NCBI RefSeq assembly: GCF_009914755.1
Contig: NC_060935.1
Direction: 5' to 3' (one strand)
Origin: the human T2T-CHM13v2.0 reference genome, Homo sapiens
DNA length: 64,000 nucleotides
The notes under the pieces are model-generated. The model was not told where the DNA came from, made no database searches, and saw only the letters and a list, made by a program, of their open reading frames with translations. The position numbers and the translations under genes were made by a program. Within the stretch, counting starts at the first letter, position 1; every line of letters begins with the position of its first letter. This document shows, one piece after another, positions 27,000 to 41,009 of the stretch.

Positions 27000-29700
27000 T
27001 GGAGCAGATTTGAATCTCTCTTTCTTTGGATTCTGCAAGTGGATATGGTGGACCTCTGTGAAGATTTCGTTGGAAACGGGTTCATTTTCACAGAAAAACT
27101 AAACAGAAGCATTCTCAGAAACTGCTTTGTGATGTTTGTGTTCCACTTCAAGAATTGAACTTTCCTCTTGACAGAGCAGCTCTGAAACCCTCTTTTCTAG
27201 AATGTGCAAGTGGACATTTGGAGGGCTTTGAGGCCTGTGGTGGAAAAGGAAAATCTTCACATAAAAACTAGATGGAAGCATTCTCAGAAACTACTTTGTG
27301 ATGATTGCATTCGACTCACAGAGTTGAACATTCCTATAGATAGAGCAGGTTGTAAACAATCTTTTTGTAGAATCTGCGATTGGAGATTTGGACTGCTTTG
27401 AGGCCTACTGTAGTAAAGGAAATAACTTCATCTAAAAACCAAACGGAAGCATTCACAGGACAATTCTTAGTGATCATTGGATTGAACTAACAGAGCTGAA
27501 CATTCCTTTAGATGGGGCAGTTTCCAAACACACTTTCTGTAGAATCTGCAAGTGGATATTTGGACTTCTCTGAGGATTTCGTTGGAAACGGGATAAAATT
27601 CCCAGAACTACACGGAAGCATTCTGAGAAACTTCTTTGTGATGTTTGCATTCAACTCACAGAGTTGAACCCTTGCTTTCATAGTTCAGCTTTCAAACACT
27701 CTTTTTGTAGAATCTGCAAGTGGATATTTGGACCACTTTGTGGCCTTCCTTTGAAACGGGTATATCTTCACATCAAACCTAGACAGAAGCATTCTCAGAA
27801 TGTTTCCTGTGATGACTGCATTCAACTCACAGAGGTGAACAATCCTGCTGATGGAGCAGTTTTGAAACTCTCTTTCTTTGGATTCTGCAAGTGGATATGT
27901 GGACCTCTGTGAAGATTTCGTTGGAAACGCGTTCATCTTCACAGAAAAACTAAACAGAAGCATTCTCAGAAACTGCTTTGTGATGTTTGTGTTCCACTTC
28001 AAGAATTGAACTTTCCTCTTGACAGAGCAGCTCTGAAACCCTCTTTTTCTAGAATCTGCAAGTGGACATTTGGAGGGCTTTGAGGCCTGTGGTGGAAAAG
28101 GAAAATCTTCACATAAAAACTAGATGGAAGCATTCTCAGAAACTACTTTGTGATGATTGCATTCGACTCACAGAGTTGAACATTCCTATAGATAGAGCAG
28201 GTTGTAAACAATTTTTTGTAGAATCTGCGATTGGAGATTTGGACTGCTTTGAGGCCTACTGTAGTAAAGGAAATAACTTCATCTAAAAACCAAACGGAAG
28301 CATTCACAGACAATTCTTAGTGATCATTGGATTGAACTAACAGAGCTGAACATTCCTTTAGATGGAGCAGTTTCCAAACACACTTTCTGTAGAATCTGCA
28401 AGTGGATATTTGGACCTCTCTGAGGATTTCGTTGGAACGGGATAAACTTCCCAGAACTACATGGAAGCATTCTGAGAAACTTCTTTGGATGTTTGCATTC
28501 AACTCACAGAGTTGAACCTTGCTTTCATAGTTCAGCTTTCAAACACTCTTTTTGTAGAATCTGCAATTGGATATTTGGACCACTTTGTGGCCTTCCTTCG
28601 AAACGGGTATATCTTCACATCAAACCTAGACAGAAGCATTCGTCAGAATGTTTCCTGTGATGACTGCATTCAACTCACAGAGGTGAACAATCCTTCTGAT
28701 GGAGCAGTTTTGAAACTCTCTTTCTTTGGATTCTGCAAGTGGATATGTGGACCTCTGTGAAGATTTCGTTGGAAAAGGGTTCATCTTCACAGAAAAACTA
28801 AACAGGAGCATTCTCAGAAACTGCTTTGTGATGTTCGTGTTCCACTTCAAGAATTGAACTTTCCTCTTGACAGAGCAGCTCTGAAACCCTCTTTTCTAGA
28901 ATCTGCAAGTGGACATTTGAAGGCTTTGAGGCCTGTGGTGGAAAAGGAAAATCTTCACATAAAAACTAGATGGAAGCATTCTCAGAAACTACTCTGTGAT
29001 GATTGCATTCGACTCACGGAGTTGAACATTCCTATAGATAGAGCAGGTTGTAAACAATCTTTTTGTAGAATCTGCGATTGGAGATTTGGACTGCTTTGAG
29101 TCCTACTGTAGTAAAGGAAATAACTTCATCTAAAAACCAAACGGAAGCATTCACAGACAATTCTTAGTGATCATTGCATTGAACTAACAGAGCTGAACAT
29201 TCCTTTAGATGGCGCAGTTTCCAAACACACTTTCTGTAGAATCTGCAAGTGGATATTTGGACCTCTCTGAGGATTTCGTTGGAAACGGGATAAACTTCCC
29301 AGAACTACACGGAAGCATTCTGAGAAAATTCTTTGTGATGTTTGCATTCAACTCACAGAGTTGAACCTTGCTTTCATAGTTCAGCTTTCAAACACTCTTT
29401 TTGTAGAATCTGCAAGTGGATATTTGGACCACTTTGTGGCCTTCCTTCGAAACGGGTATATCTTCACATCAAACCTAGACAGAAGCATTCTCAGAATGTT
29501 TCCTGTGATGACTGCATTCAACTCACAGAGGTGAACAATCCTGTTGATGGAGCAGTTTTGAATCTCTCCTTTCTTTGGATTCTGCAAGTGGATATGTGGA
29601 CCTCTGTGAAGATTTCGTTGGAAACGGGTTCATGTTCACAGAAAAACTAAACAGAAGCATTCTCAGAAACTGCTTTGTGATGTTTGTGTTCCACTTCAAG
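27000..29700 (+). repeat. Block of about 3 HORs, copy 2 of the dispersed duplication of ~13400-16100
   Basis: gcagatttgaatc, gaatgtgcaag, gatggggcag, cctttgaaacggg, acaattttttgta, ctttggatg, gactcacgga and catgttcac occur in the same order as in copy 1. Confidence 0.8.
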
Positions 29701-31659
29701 AATTGAACTTTCCTCTTGACAGAGCAGCTCTGAAACCCTCTTTTTCTAGAATCTGCAAGTGGACATTTGGAGGGCTTTGAGGCCTGTGTTGGAAAAGGAA
29801 AATCTTCACATAACAACTAGATGGAAGCATTCTCAGAAACTACTTTGTGATGATTGCATTCGACTCACAGAGTTGAACATTCCTATAGATAGAGCAGGTT
29901 GTAAACAATCTTTTTGTAGAATCTGCGATTGGAGATTTGGGCTGCTTTGAGGCCTACTGTAGTATAGGAAATAACTTCATCTAAAAACCAAATGGAAGCA
30001 TTCACAGACAATTCTTAGTGATCATTGGATTGAACTAACAGAGCTGAACATTCCTTTAGATGGAACAGTTTCCAAACACACTTTCTGTAGAATCTGCAAG
30101 TGGATATTTGGACTTATCTGAGGATTTCGTTGGAAACGGGATAAACTTCCCAGAACTACACGGAAGCATTCTGAGAAACTTCTTTGTGATGTTTGCATTC
30201 AACTCACAGAGTTGGACCTTGATTTCATAGTTCAGCTTTCAAACACTCTTTTTGTAGAATCTGCAAGTGGATATTTGGACCACTTTGTGGCCTTCCTTCG
30301 AAACGGGTATATCTTCACATCAAACCTAGACAGAAGCATTCTCAGAATGTTTCCTGTGATGACTGCATTCAACTCACAGAGGTGAACAATCCTGTTGATG
30401 GAGCAGTTTTGAAACTCTCTTTCTTTGGATTCTGCAAGTGGATATGTGGACCTCTGTGAAGATTTCGTTGGAAACGGGTTCATCTTCACAGAAAAACTAA
30501 ACAGGAGCATTCTCAGAAACTGCTTTGTGATGTTTGTGTTCCACTTCAAGAATTGAACTTTCCTCTTGACAGAGCAGCTCTGAAACCCTCTTTTTCTAGA
30601 ATCTGCAAGCGGACATTTGGAGGCTTTGAGGCCTGTGGTGGAAAAGGAAAATCTTCACATAAAAACTAGATGGAAGCATTCTCAGAAACTACTTTGTGAT
30701 GATTGCATTCGACTCACAGAGTTGAACATTCCTATAGATAGAGCAGGTTGTAAACAATCTTTTTGTAGAATCTGCGATTGGAGATTTGGACTGCTTTGAG
30801 GCCTACTGTAGTAAAGGAAATAACTTCATCTAAAAACCAAACGGAAGCATTCACAGACAATTCTTAGTGATCATTAGATTGAACTAACAGAGCTGAACAT
30901 TCCTTTAGATGGAGCAGTTTCCAAACACACTTTCTGTAGAATCTGCAAGTGGATATTTGGACCTCTCTGAGGATTTCGTTGGAAACGGGATAAACTTCCC
31001 AGAACTACACGGAAGCATTCTGAGAAACTTCTTTGGATGTTTGCATTCAACTCACAGAGTTGAACCTTGCTTTCATAGTTCAGCTTTCAAACACTCTTTT
31101 TGTAGAATCTGCAAGTGGATATTTGGACCACTTTGTGGCCTTCCTTCGAAACGGGTATATCTTCACATCAAACCTAGACAGAAGCATTCTCAGAATGTTT
31201 CCTGTGATGACTGCATTCAACTCACAGAGGTGAACAATCCTGTTGATGGAGCAGTTTTGAATCTCTCTTTCTTTGGATTCTGCCAAGTGGATATGTGGAC
31301 CTCTGTGAAGATTTCGTTGGGAAACGGGTTCATGTTCACAGAAAAACTAAACAGAAGCATTCTCAGAAACTGCTTTGTGATGTTTGTGTTCCACTTCAAG
31401 AATTGAACTTTCCTCTTGACAGTGCAGCTCTGAAACCCTCTTTTTCTAGAATCTGCAAGTGGACATTTGGAGGGCTTTGAGGCCTGTTTTGGAAAAGGAA
31501 AATCTTCACATAAAAACTAGATGGAAGCATTCTCAGAAACTACTTTGTGATGATTGCATTCGACTCACAGAGTTGAACATTCCTATAGATAGAGCAGGTT
31601 GTAAACAACCTTTTTGTAGAATCTGCGATTGGAGATTTGGGACTGCTTTGAGGCCTACT

Positions 31660-34600
31660 GTAGTAAAGTAAATAACTTCATCTAAAAACCAAACGGAAGC
31701 ATTCACAGACAATTCTTAGTGATCATTGGATTGAACTAACAGAGCTGAGCATTCCCTTAGATGGCGCAGTTTCCAAACACACTTTCTGTAGAATCTGCAA
31801 GTGGATATTTGGACCTCTCTGAGGATTTCGTTGGAAAAGGGATAAACTTCCCAGAACTACACGGAAGCATTCTGAGAAACATCTTTGTGATGTTTGCATT
31901 CAACTCACAGAGTTGAAACTTGCTTTCATAGTTCAGCTTTCAAAACACTCTTTTTGTAGAATCTGCAAGTGGATATTTGGACCACTTTGTGGCCTTCCTT
32001 CGAAACGGGTATATCTTCACATCAAACCTAGACAGAAGCATTCTCAGAATGTTTCCTGTGATGACTGCATTCAACTCACAGAGGTGAACAATCCTGTTGA
32101 TGGAGCAGTTTTGAAACTCTCTTTCTTTGGATTCTGCAAGTGGATATGTGGACCTCTGTGAAGATTTCGTTGTAAACGGTTTCATCTTCACAGAAAAACT
32201 AAACAGAAGCATTCTCAGAAACTGCTTTGTGATGTTTGTGTTCCACTTCAAGAATTGAACTTTCCTCTTGACAGAGCAGCTCTGAAACCCTCTTTTTCTA
32301 GAATCTGCAAGTGGACATTTGGAGGGCTTTGAGGCCTGTGGTGGAAAAGGAAAATCTTCACATAAAAACTAGATGGAAGCATTCTCAGAAACTACTTTGT
32401 GATGATTGCATTCGACTCACAGAGTTGAACATTGCTATAGATAGAGCAGGTTGTAAACAATCTTTTTGTACAATCTGCGATTGGAGATTTGGACTGCTTT
32501 GAGGCCTACTGTAGTAAAGGAAATAACTTCATCTAAAAACCAAACGGAAGCATTCACAGACAATTCTTAGTGATCATTGGATTGAACTAACAGAGCTGAA
32601 CATTCCTTTAGATGGAGCAGTTTCCAAACACACTTTCTGTAGAATCTGCAAGTGGATATTTGGACTTCTCTGAGGATTTCGTTGGAAATGGTATAAACTT
32701 CCCAAAAATACACGGAAGCATTGTGAGAAACTTCTTTGTGATGTTTGCATTCAACTCACAGAGTTGAACCTTGCTTTCTTAGTTCAGCTTTCAAACACTC
32801 TTTTTGTAGAATCTGCAAGTGGATATTTGGACCACTTTGTGGCCTTCCTTCGAAACGGGTATATCTTCACATCAAACCTAGACAGAAGCATTCTCAGGAT
32901 GTTTCCTGTGATGACTGCATTCAACTCACAGAGGTGAACAATCCTGCTGATGGAGCAGTTTTGAAACTCTCTTTCTTTGGATTCTGCAAGTGGATATGTG
33001 GACCTCTGTGAAGATTTCGTTGGAAACGGGTTCATCTTCACAGAAAAGCTAAACAGAAGCATTCTCAGAAACTGCTTTGTGATGTTTGTGTTCCACTTCA
33101 GGAATTGAACTTTCCTCTTGACAGAGCAGCTCTGAAACCCTCTTTTTCTGGAATCTGCAAGTGGACATTTGGAGGGCTTTGAGGCCTGTGGTGGAAAAGG
33201 AAAATCTTCACATAAAAACTAGATGGAAGCATTCTCAGAAACTACTTTGTGATGATTGCATTCGACCCACAGAGTTGAACATTCCTATAGATAGAGCAGG
33301 TTGTAAACAATCTTTTTGTAGAATCTGCGATTGGAGATTTGGACTGCTTTGAGGCCTACTGTAGTAAAGTAAATAACTTCATCTAAAAACCAAACGGAAG
33401 CATTCACAGACAATTCTTAGTGATCATTGGATTGAACTAACAGAGCTGAACATTCCCTTAGATGGCGCAGTTTCCAAACACACTTTCTGTAGAATCTGCA
33501 AGTGGATATTTGGACCTCTGTGAGGATTTCGTTGGAAACGGGATAAACTTCCCAGAACTACACGGAAGCATTCTGAGAAACTTCTTTGTGATGTTTGCAT
33601 TCAACTCACAGAGTTGAACCTTGCTTTCATAGTTCAGCTTTCAAACACTCTTTTTGTAGAATCTGCAAGTGGATATTTGGACCACTTTGTGGCCTTCCTT
33701 CGAAACGGGTATATCTTCACATCAAACCTAGACAGAAGCATTCTCAGAATGTTTCCTGTGATGACTGCATTCAACTCACAGAGGGGAACAATCCTGTTGA
33801 TGGAGCAGTTTTGAAACTCTCTTTCTTTGGATTCTGCAAGTGGATATATGGACCTCTGTGAAGATTTCGTTGGAAACGGTTTCATCTTCACAGAAAAACT
33901 AAACAGAAGCATTCTCAGAAACTGCTTTGTGATGTTTGTGTTCCACTTCAGGAATTGAACTTTCCTCTTGACAGAGCAGCTCTGAAACCCTCTTTTTCCA
34001 GAATCTGCAAGTGGACATTTGGAGGGCTTTGAGGCCTGTGGTGGAAAAGGAAAATCTTCACATAAAAACTAGATGGAAGCATTCTCAGAAACTACTTTGT
34101 GATGATTGCATTCGACTCAGAGAGTTGAACATTCCTATAGATAGAGCAGGTTGTAAACAATCTTTTTGTAGAATCTGCGATTGGAGATTTGGACTGCTTT
34201 GAGGCCTACTGTAGTAAAGGAAATAACTTCATCTAAAAACCAAACGGAAGCATTCACAGACAATTCTTAGTGATCATTGCATTGAACTAACAGAGCTGAA
34301 CATTCCTTTAGATGGAGCAGTTTCCAAACACACTTTCTGTAGAATCTGCAAGTGGATATTTGGACCTCTCTGAGGATTTCGTTGGAAACGGGATATACTT
34401 CCCAGAACTACACGGAAGTATTCTGAGAAACTTCTTTGTGATGGTTGCATTCAACTCACAGAGTTGAACCTTGCTTTCATAGTTCAGCTTTCAAACACTC
34501 TTTTTGTAGAATCTGCAAGTGGATATTTGGACCACTTTGTGGCCTTCCTTCGAAACGGGTATATCTTCACATCAAACCTTGACACAAGCATTCTCAGAAT

Positions 34601-35600
34601 GTTTCCTGTGATGACTGCATTCAACTCACAGAGGTGAACAATCCTGCTGATGCAGCAGTTTTGAAACTCTGTGTCTTTGAATTCTGCAAGTGGATATGTG
34701 GACCTCTGTGAAGATTTCGTTGGAAACGGGTTCATCTTCAGAGAAAAACTAAACAGGAGCATTCTCAGAAACTGCTTTTTGATGTTTGTGTTCCACTTCA
34801 GGAATTGAACTTTCCTCTTGACAGAGCAGCTCTGAAACCCTCTTTTTCTACAATCTGCAAGTGAACATTTGGAGGGCTTTGAGGCCTGTGGTGGAAAAGG
34901 AAAATCTTCACATAAAAACTAGATGGAAGCATTCTCAGAAACTACTTTGTGATGATTGCATTCGACTCACAGAGTTGAACATTCCTATAGATAGAGCAGG
35001 TTGTAAACAATCTTTTTGTAGAATCTGCGATTGGAGATTTGGAATGCTTTGAGGCCTACTGTAGTAAAGGAAATAACTTCATCTAAAAACCAAACGGAAG
35101 CATTCACAGACAATTCTTAGTGATCATTGCATTGAACTAACAGAGCTGAACATTCCTTTAGATGGAGCAGTTTCCAAACACACTTTCTGTAGAATCTGCA
35201 AGTGGATATTTGGACCTCTCTGAGGATTTCATTGGAAACGGGATAAACTTCCCAGAACTACACGGAAGCATTCTGAGAAACTTCTTTGGATGTTTGCATT
35301 CAACTCACAGAGTTGAACCTTGCTTTCATAGTTCAGCTTTCAAACACTCTTTTTGTAGAATCTGCAAGTGGATATTTGAACCACTTTGTGGCCTTCCTTC
35401 GAAACGGGTATATCTTCACATCAAACCTAGACAGAAGCATTCTCAGAATGTTTCCTGTGATGACTGCATTCAACTCACAGAGGTGAACAATCCTGCTGAT
35501 GGAGCAGTTTTGAAACTCTCTTTCTTTGGATTCTGCAAGTGGATATGTGGACCTCTGTGAAGATTTCGTTGGAAACGGGTTCATCTTCACAGAAAAACTA
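31660..35600 (+). repeat. Block of about 4.6 HORs, copy 1 of a dispersed duplication (partner ~41010-44950)
   Basis: ORF variants recur at +9347 (32311/41658, 33161/42508, 34011/43358, 34861/44208). Confidence 0.88.
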
Positions 35601-38600
35601 AACAGAAGCATTCTCAGAAACTGCTTTGTGATGTTTGTGTTCCACTTCAGGAATTGAACTTTCCTCTTGACAGAGCAGCTCTGAAACCCTCTTTTTCTGG
35701 AATCTGCAAGTGGACATTTGGAGGGCTTTGAGGCCTGTGGTGGAAAAGGAAAATCTTCACATAAAAACTAGATGGAAGCATTCTCAGAAACTACTTTGTG
35801 ATGATTGCATTCGACCCACAGAGTTGAACATTCCTATAGATAGAGCAGGTTGTAAACAATCTTTTTGTAGAATCTGCGATTGGAGATTTGGACTGCTTTG
35901 AGGCCTACTGTAGTAAAGGAAATAACTTCATCTAAAAACCAAACGGAAGCATTCACAGACAATTCTTAGTGATCATTGCATTGAACTAACAGAGCTGAAC
36001 ATTCCTTTAGATGGAGCAGTTTCCAAACACACTTTCTGTAGAATCTGCAAGTGGATATTTGGACTTCTCTGAGGATTTCGTTGGAAATGGTATAAACTTC
36101 CCAGAAATACACGGAAGCATTGTCAGAAACTTCTTTGTGATGTTTGCATTCAACTCACAGAGTTGAACCTTGCTTTCTTAGTTCAGCTTTCAAACACTCT
36201 TTTTGTAGAATCTGCAAGTGGATATTTGGACCACTTTGTGGCCTTCCTTCGAAACGGGTATATCTTCACATCAAACCTAGACAGAAGCATTCTCAGGATG
36301 TTTCCTGTGATGACTGCATTCAACTCACAGAGGTGAACAATCCTGCTGATGGAGCAGTTTTGAAACTCTCTTTCTTTGGATTCTGCAACTGGATATGTGG
36401 ACCTCTGTGAAGATTTCGTTGGAAACGGGTTCATCTTCACAGAAAAACTAAACAGAAGCCTTCTCAGAAACTGCTTTGTGATGTTTTTGTTCCACTTCAG
36501 GAATTGAACTTTCCTCTTGACAGAGCAGCTCTGAAGCCCTCTTATTCTAGAATCTGCAAGTGGACATTTGGAGAGCTTTGAGGCCTGGGGTTGAAAAGGA
36601 TAATCTTCACATAAAAACTAGATGGAAGCATTCTCAGAAACTACTTTGTGATGATTGCATTCGACTCAGAGAGTTGAACATTCCTATAGATAGAGCAGGT
36701 TGTAAACAATCTTTTTGTAGAATCTGCGATTGGAGATTTGGACTGCTTTGAGGCCTACTGTAGTAAAGGAAATAACTTCATCTAAAAACCAAACGGAAGC
36801 ATTCACAGACAATTCTTAGTGATCATTGGATTGAATTAACAGAGCTGAACATTCCTTTAGATGGAGCAGTTTCCAAACACACTTTCTGTAGAATCTGCAA
36901 GTGGATATTTGGACCTCTCTGAGGATTTCGTTGGAAACGGGATATACTTCCCAGAACTACACGGAAGTATTCTGAGAAACATCTTTGTGATGGTTGCATT
37001 CAACTCACAGAGTTGAACCTTGCTTTCATAGTTCAGCTTTCAAACACTCTTTTTGTAGAATCTGCAAGTGGATATTTGGACCACTTTGTGGCCTTCCTTC
37101 GAAACGGGTATATCTTCACATCAAACCTTGACACAAGCATTCTCAGAATGTTTCCTGTGATGACGGCATTCAACTCACAGAGGTGAACAATCCTGTTGAT
37201 GGAGCAGTTTTGAAACTCTCTTTCTTTGGATTCTGCAAGTGGATATGTGGACCTCTGTGAAGATTTCGTTGGAAACGGGTTCATCTTCACAGAAAAACTA
37301 AACAGAAGCATTCTCAGAAACTGCTTTGTGATGTTTGTGTTCCACTTCAAGAATTGAACTTTCCTCTTGACAGAGCAGCTCTGAAACCCTCTTTTTCTAG
37401 AATCTGCAAGTGGACATTTGGAGGACTTTGAGGCATGTGGTGGAAAAGGAAAATCTTCACATAAAAATTAGATGGAAGCATTCTCAGAAACCACTTTGTG
37501 ATGATTGCATTCGACTCACAGAGTTGAACATTCCTATAGATAGAGCAGGTTGTAAACAATCTTTTTGTAGAATCTGCGATTGGAGATTTGGACTGCTTTG
37601 AGGCCTACTGTAGTAAAGGAAATAACTTCATCTAAAAACCAAACGGAAGCATTCACAGACAATGCTTAGTGATCATTGGATTGAACAAACAGAGCTGAAC
37701 ATTCCTTTAGATGGAGCAGTTTCCAAACAAACTTTCTGTAGAATCTGCAAGTGGATATTTGGACTTCTCTGAGGATTTCGTTGGAAATGGTATAAACTTC
37801 CCAAAAATACACGGAAGCATTGTGAGAAACTTCTTTGTGATGTTTGCATTCAACTCACAGAGTTGAACCTTGCTTTCTTAGTTCAGCTTTCAAACACTCT
37901 TTTTGTAGAATCTGCAAGTGGATATTTGGACCACTTTGTGGCCTTCCTTCGAAACGGGTATATCTTCACATCAAACCTAGACAGAAGCATTCTCAGGATG
38001 TTTCCTGTGATGACTGCATTCAACTCACAGAGTTGAACGATCCTTCTGATGGAGCAGTTTTGAAACTCTCTTTCTTTGGATTCTGCAAGTGGATATGTGG
38101 ACCTCTGTGAAGATTTCATTGGAAACGGGTTCATCTTCACAGAAAAACTAAACAGAAGCATTCTCAGAAACTGCTTTGTGATGTTTTTGTTCCACTTCAG
38201 GAATTGAACTTTCCTCTTGACAGAGCAGCTCTGAAGCCCTCTTATTCTAGAATCTGCAAGTGTACATTTGGAGGGCTTTGAGGCCTGGGTTTGAAAAGGA
38301 TAATCTTCACATAAAAACTAGATGGAAGCATTCTCAGAAACTACTTTGTGATGATTGCATTCGACTCACAGAGTTGAACATTCCTATAGATAGAGCAGGT
38401 TGTAAACAATCTTTTTGTAGAATCTGCGATTGGAGATTTGGACTGCTTTGAGGCCTACTGTAGTAAAGGAAATAACTTCATCTAAAAACCAAACGGAAGC
38501 ATTCACAGACAATTCTTAGTGATCATTGGATTGAACTAACAGAGCTGAACATTCCTTTAGATGGAGCAGTTTCCAAACACACTTTCTGTAGAATCTGCAA

Positions 38601-41009
38601 GTGGATATTTGGACCTCTCTGAGGATTTCGTTGGAAACGGGATATACTTCCCAGAACTACACGGAAGTATTCTGAGAAACTTCTTTGTGATGGTTGCATT
38701 CAACTCACAGAGTTGAACCTTGCTTTCATAGTTCAGCTTTCAAACACTCTTTTTGTAGAATCTGCAAGTGGATATTTGGACCACTTTGTGGCCTTCCTTC
38801 GAAACGGGTATATCTTCACATCAAACCTTGACACAAGCATTCTCAGAATGTTTCCTGTGATGACTGCATTCAACTCACAGAGGTGAACAATCCTGCTGAT
38901 GCAGCAGTTTTGAAACTCTGTTTCTTTGAATTCTGCAAGTGGATATGTGGACCTCTGTGAAGATTTCGTTGGAAACGGGTTCATCTTCACAGAAAAACTA
39001 AACAGGAGCATTCTCAGAAACTGCTTTTTGATGTTTGTGTTCCACTTCAGGAATTGAACTTTCCTCTTGACAGAGCAGTTGTGAAACCCTCTTTTTCTAG
39101 AATCTGCAAGTGGACATTTGGAGGGCTTTGAGGCCTGTGGTGGAAAAGGAAAATCTTCACATAAAAACTAGATGGAAGAATTCTCAGAAACTACTTTGTG
39201 ATGATTGCATTCGACTCAAAGAGTTGAACATTCCTATAGATAGAGCAGGTTGTAAACAATCTTTTTGTAGAGTCTGCCATAGGAGATTTGGACTGCTTTG
39301 AGGCCTACTGTAGTAAAGGAAATAACTTCATCTAAAAACCAAACGGAAGCATTCACAGACAATTCTTAGTGATCATTGGATTGAACTAACAGAGCTGAAC
39401 ATTCCCTTAGATGGCGCAGTTTCCAAACACACTTTCTGTAGAATCTGCAAGTGGATATTTGGACCTCTCTGAGGATTTCGTTGGAAACGGGATAAACTTC
39501 CCAGAACTACACGGAAGCATTCTGAGAAACATCTTTGTGATGTTTGCATTCAACTCACAGAGTTGAACCTTGCTTTCATAGTTCAGCTTTCAAACACTCT
39601 TTTTGTAGAATCTGCAAGTGGATATTTGGACCACTTTGTGGCCTTCCTTCGAAACGGGTATATCTTCACATCAAACCTAGACAGAAGCATTCTCAGAATG
39701 TTTCCTGTGATGACTGCATTCAACTCACAGAGGTGAACAATCCTGCTGATGGAGCAGTTTTGAAACTCTCTTTCTTTGGATTCTGCAAGTGGATATGTGG
39801 ACCTCTGTGAAGATTTCGTTGGAAACGGGTTCATCTTCACAGAAAAACTAAACAGGAGCATTCTCAGAAACTGCTTTGTGATGTTTGTGTTCCACTTCAA
39901 GAATTGAACTTTCCTCTTGACAGAGCAGCTCTGAAACCCTCTTTTACTAGAATCTGCAAGTGGACATTTGGAGGGCTTTGAGGCCTGTGGTGGAAAAGGA
40001 AAATCTTCACATAAAAACTAGATGGAAGCATTCTCAGAAACTACTTTGTGATGATTGCATTCGACTCACAGAGTTGAACATTCCTATAGATAGAGCAGGT
40101 TGTAAACAATCTTTTTGTAGAATCTGCGATTGGAGATTTGGACTGCATTGAGGCCTACTGTAGTAACGGAAATAACTTTATCTAAAAACCAAACGGAAGC
40201 ATTCACAGACAATTCTTAGTGATCATTGCATTGAACTAACAGAGCTGAACATTCCTTTAGATGGCGCAGTTTCCAAACACACTTTCTGTAGAATCTGCAA
40301 GTGGATATTTGGACCTCTCTGAGGATATCGTTGGAAACGGGATAAACTTCCCAGAACTACACGGAAGCATTCTGAGTAACTTCTTTGGATGTTTGTATTC
40401 AACTCACAGAGTTGAACCTTGCTTTCATAGTTCAGCTTTCAAACACTCTTTTTGTAGAATCTGCAAGTGGATATTTGGACCACTTTGTGGCCTTCCTTCG
40501 AAACGAGTATATCTTCACATCAAACCTAGACAGAAGCATTCTCAGAATGTTTCCTGTGATGACTGCATTCAACTCACAGAGGTGAACAATCCTGCTGATG
40601 GAGCAGTTTTGGAACTCTCTTTCTTTGGATTCTGCAAGTGGATATGTGGACCTCTGTGAAGATTTCGTTGGAAACGGGTTCATCTTCACAGAAAAATTAA
40701 GAGGAGCATTCTCAGAAACTGCTTTGTGATGTTTGTGTTCCACTTCAGGAATTGAACTTTCCTCTTGACAGAGCAGCTCTGAAACCCTCTTTTTCTGGAA
40801 TCTGCAAGTGGACATTTGGAGGGCTTTGAGGCCTGTGGTGGAAAAGGAAAATCTTCACATAAAAACTAGATGGAAGCATTCTCAGAAACTACTTTGTGAT
40901 GATTGCATTCGACCCACAGAGTTGAACAGTCCTATAGATAGAGCAGGTTGTAAACAATCTTTTTGTAGAATCTGCGATTGGAGATTTGGACTGCTTTGAG
41001 GCCTACTGT

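Noticed and set aside
30909-31406. Longest ORF (165 aa) as a candidate novel protein
   Set aside because: It is created by chance fusion of frames through 1-bp indels, some of which lie in the suspected error zone.
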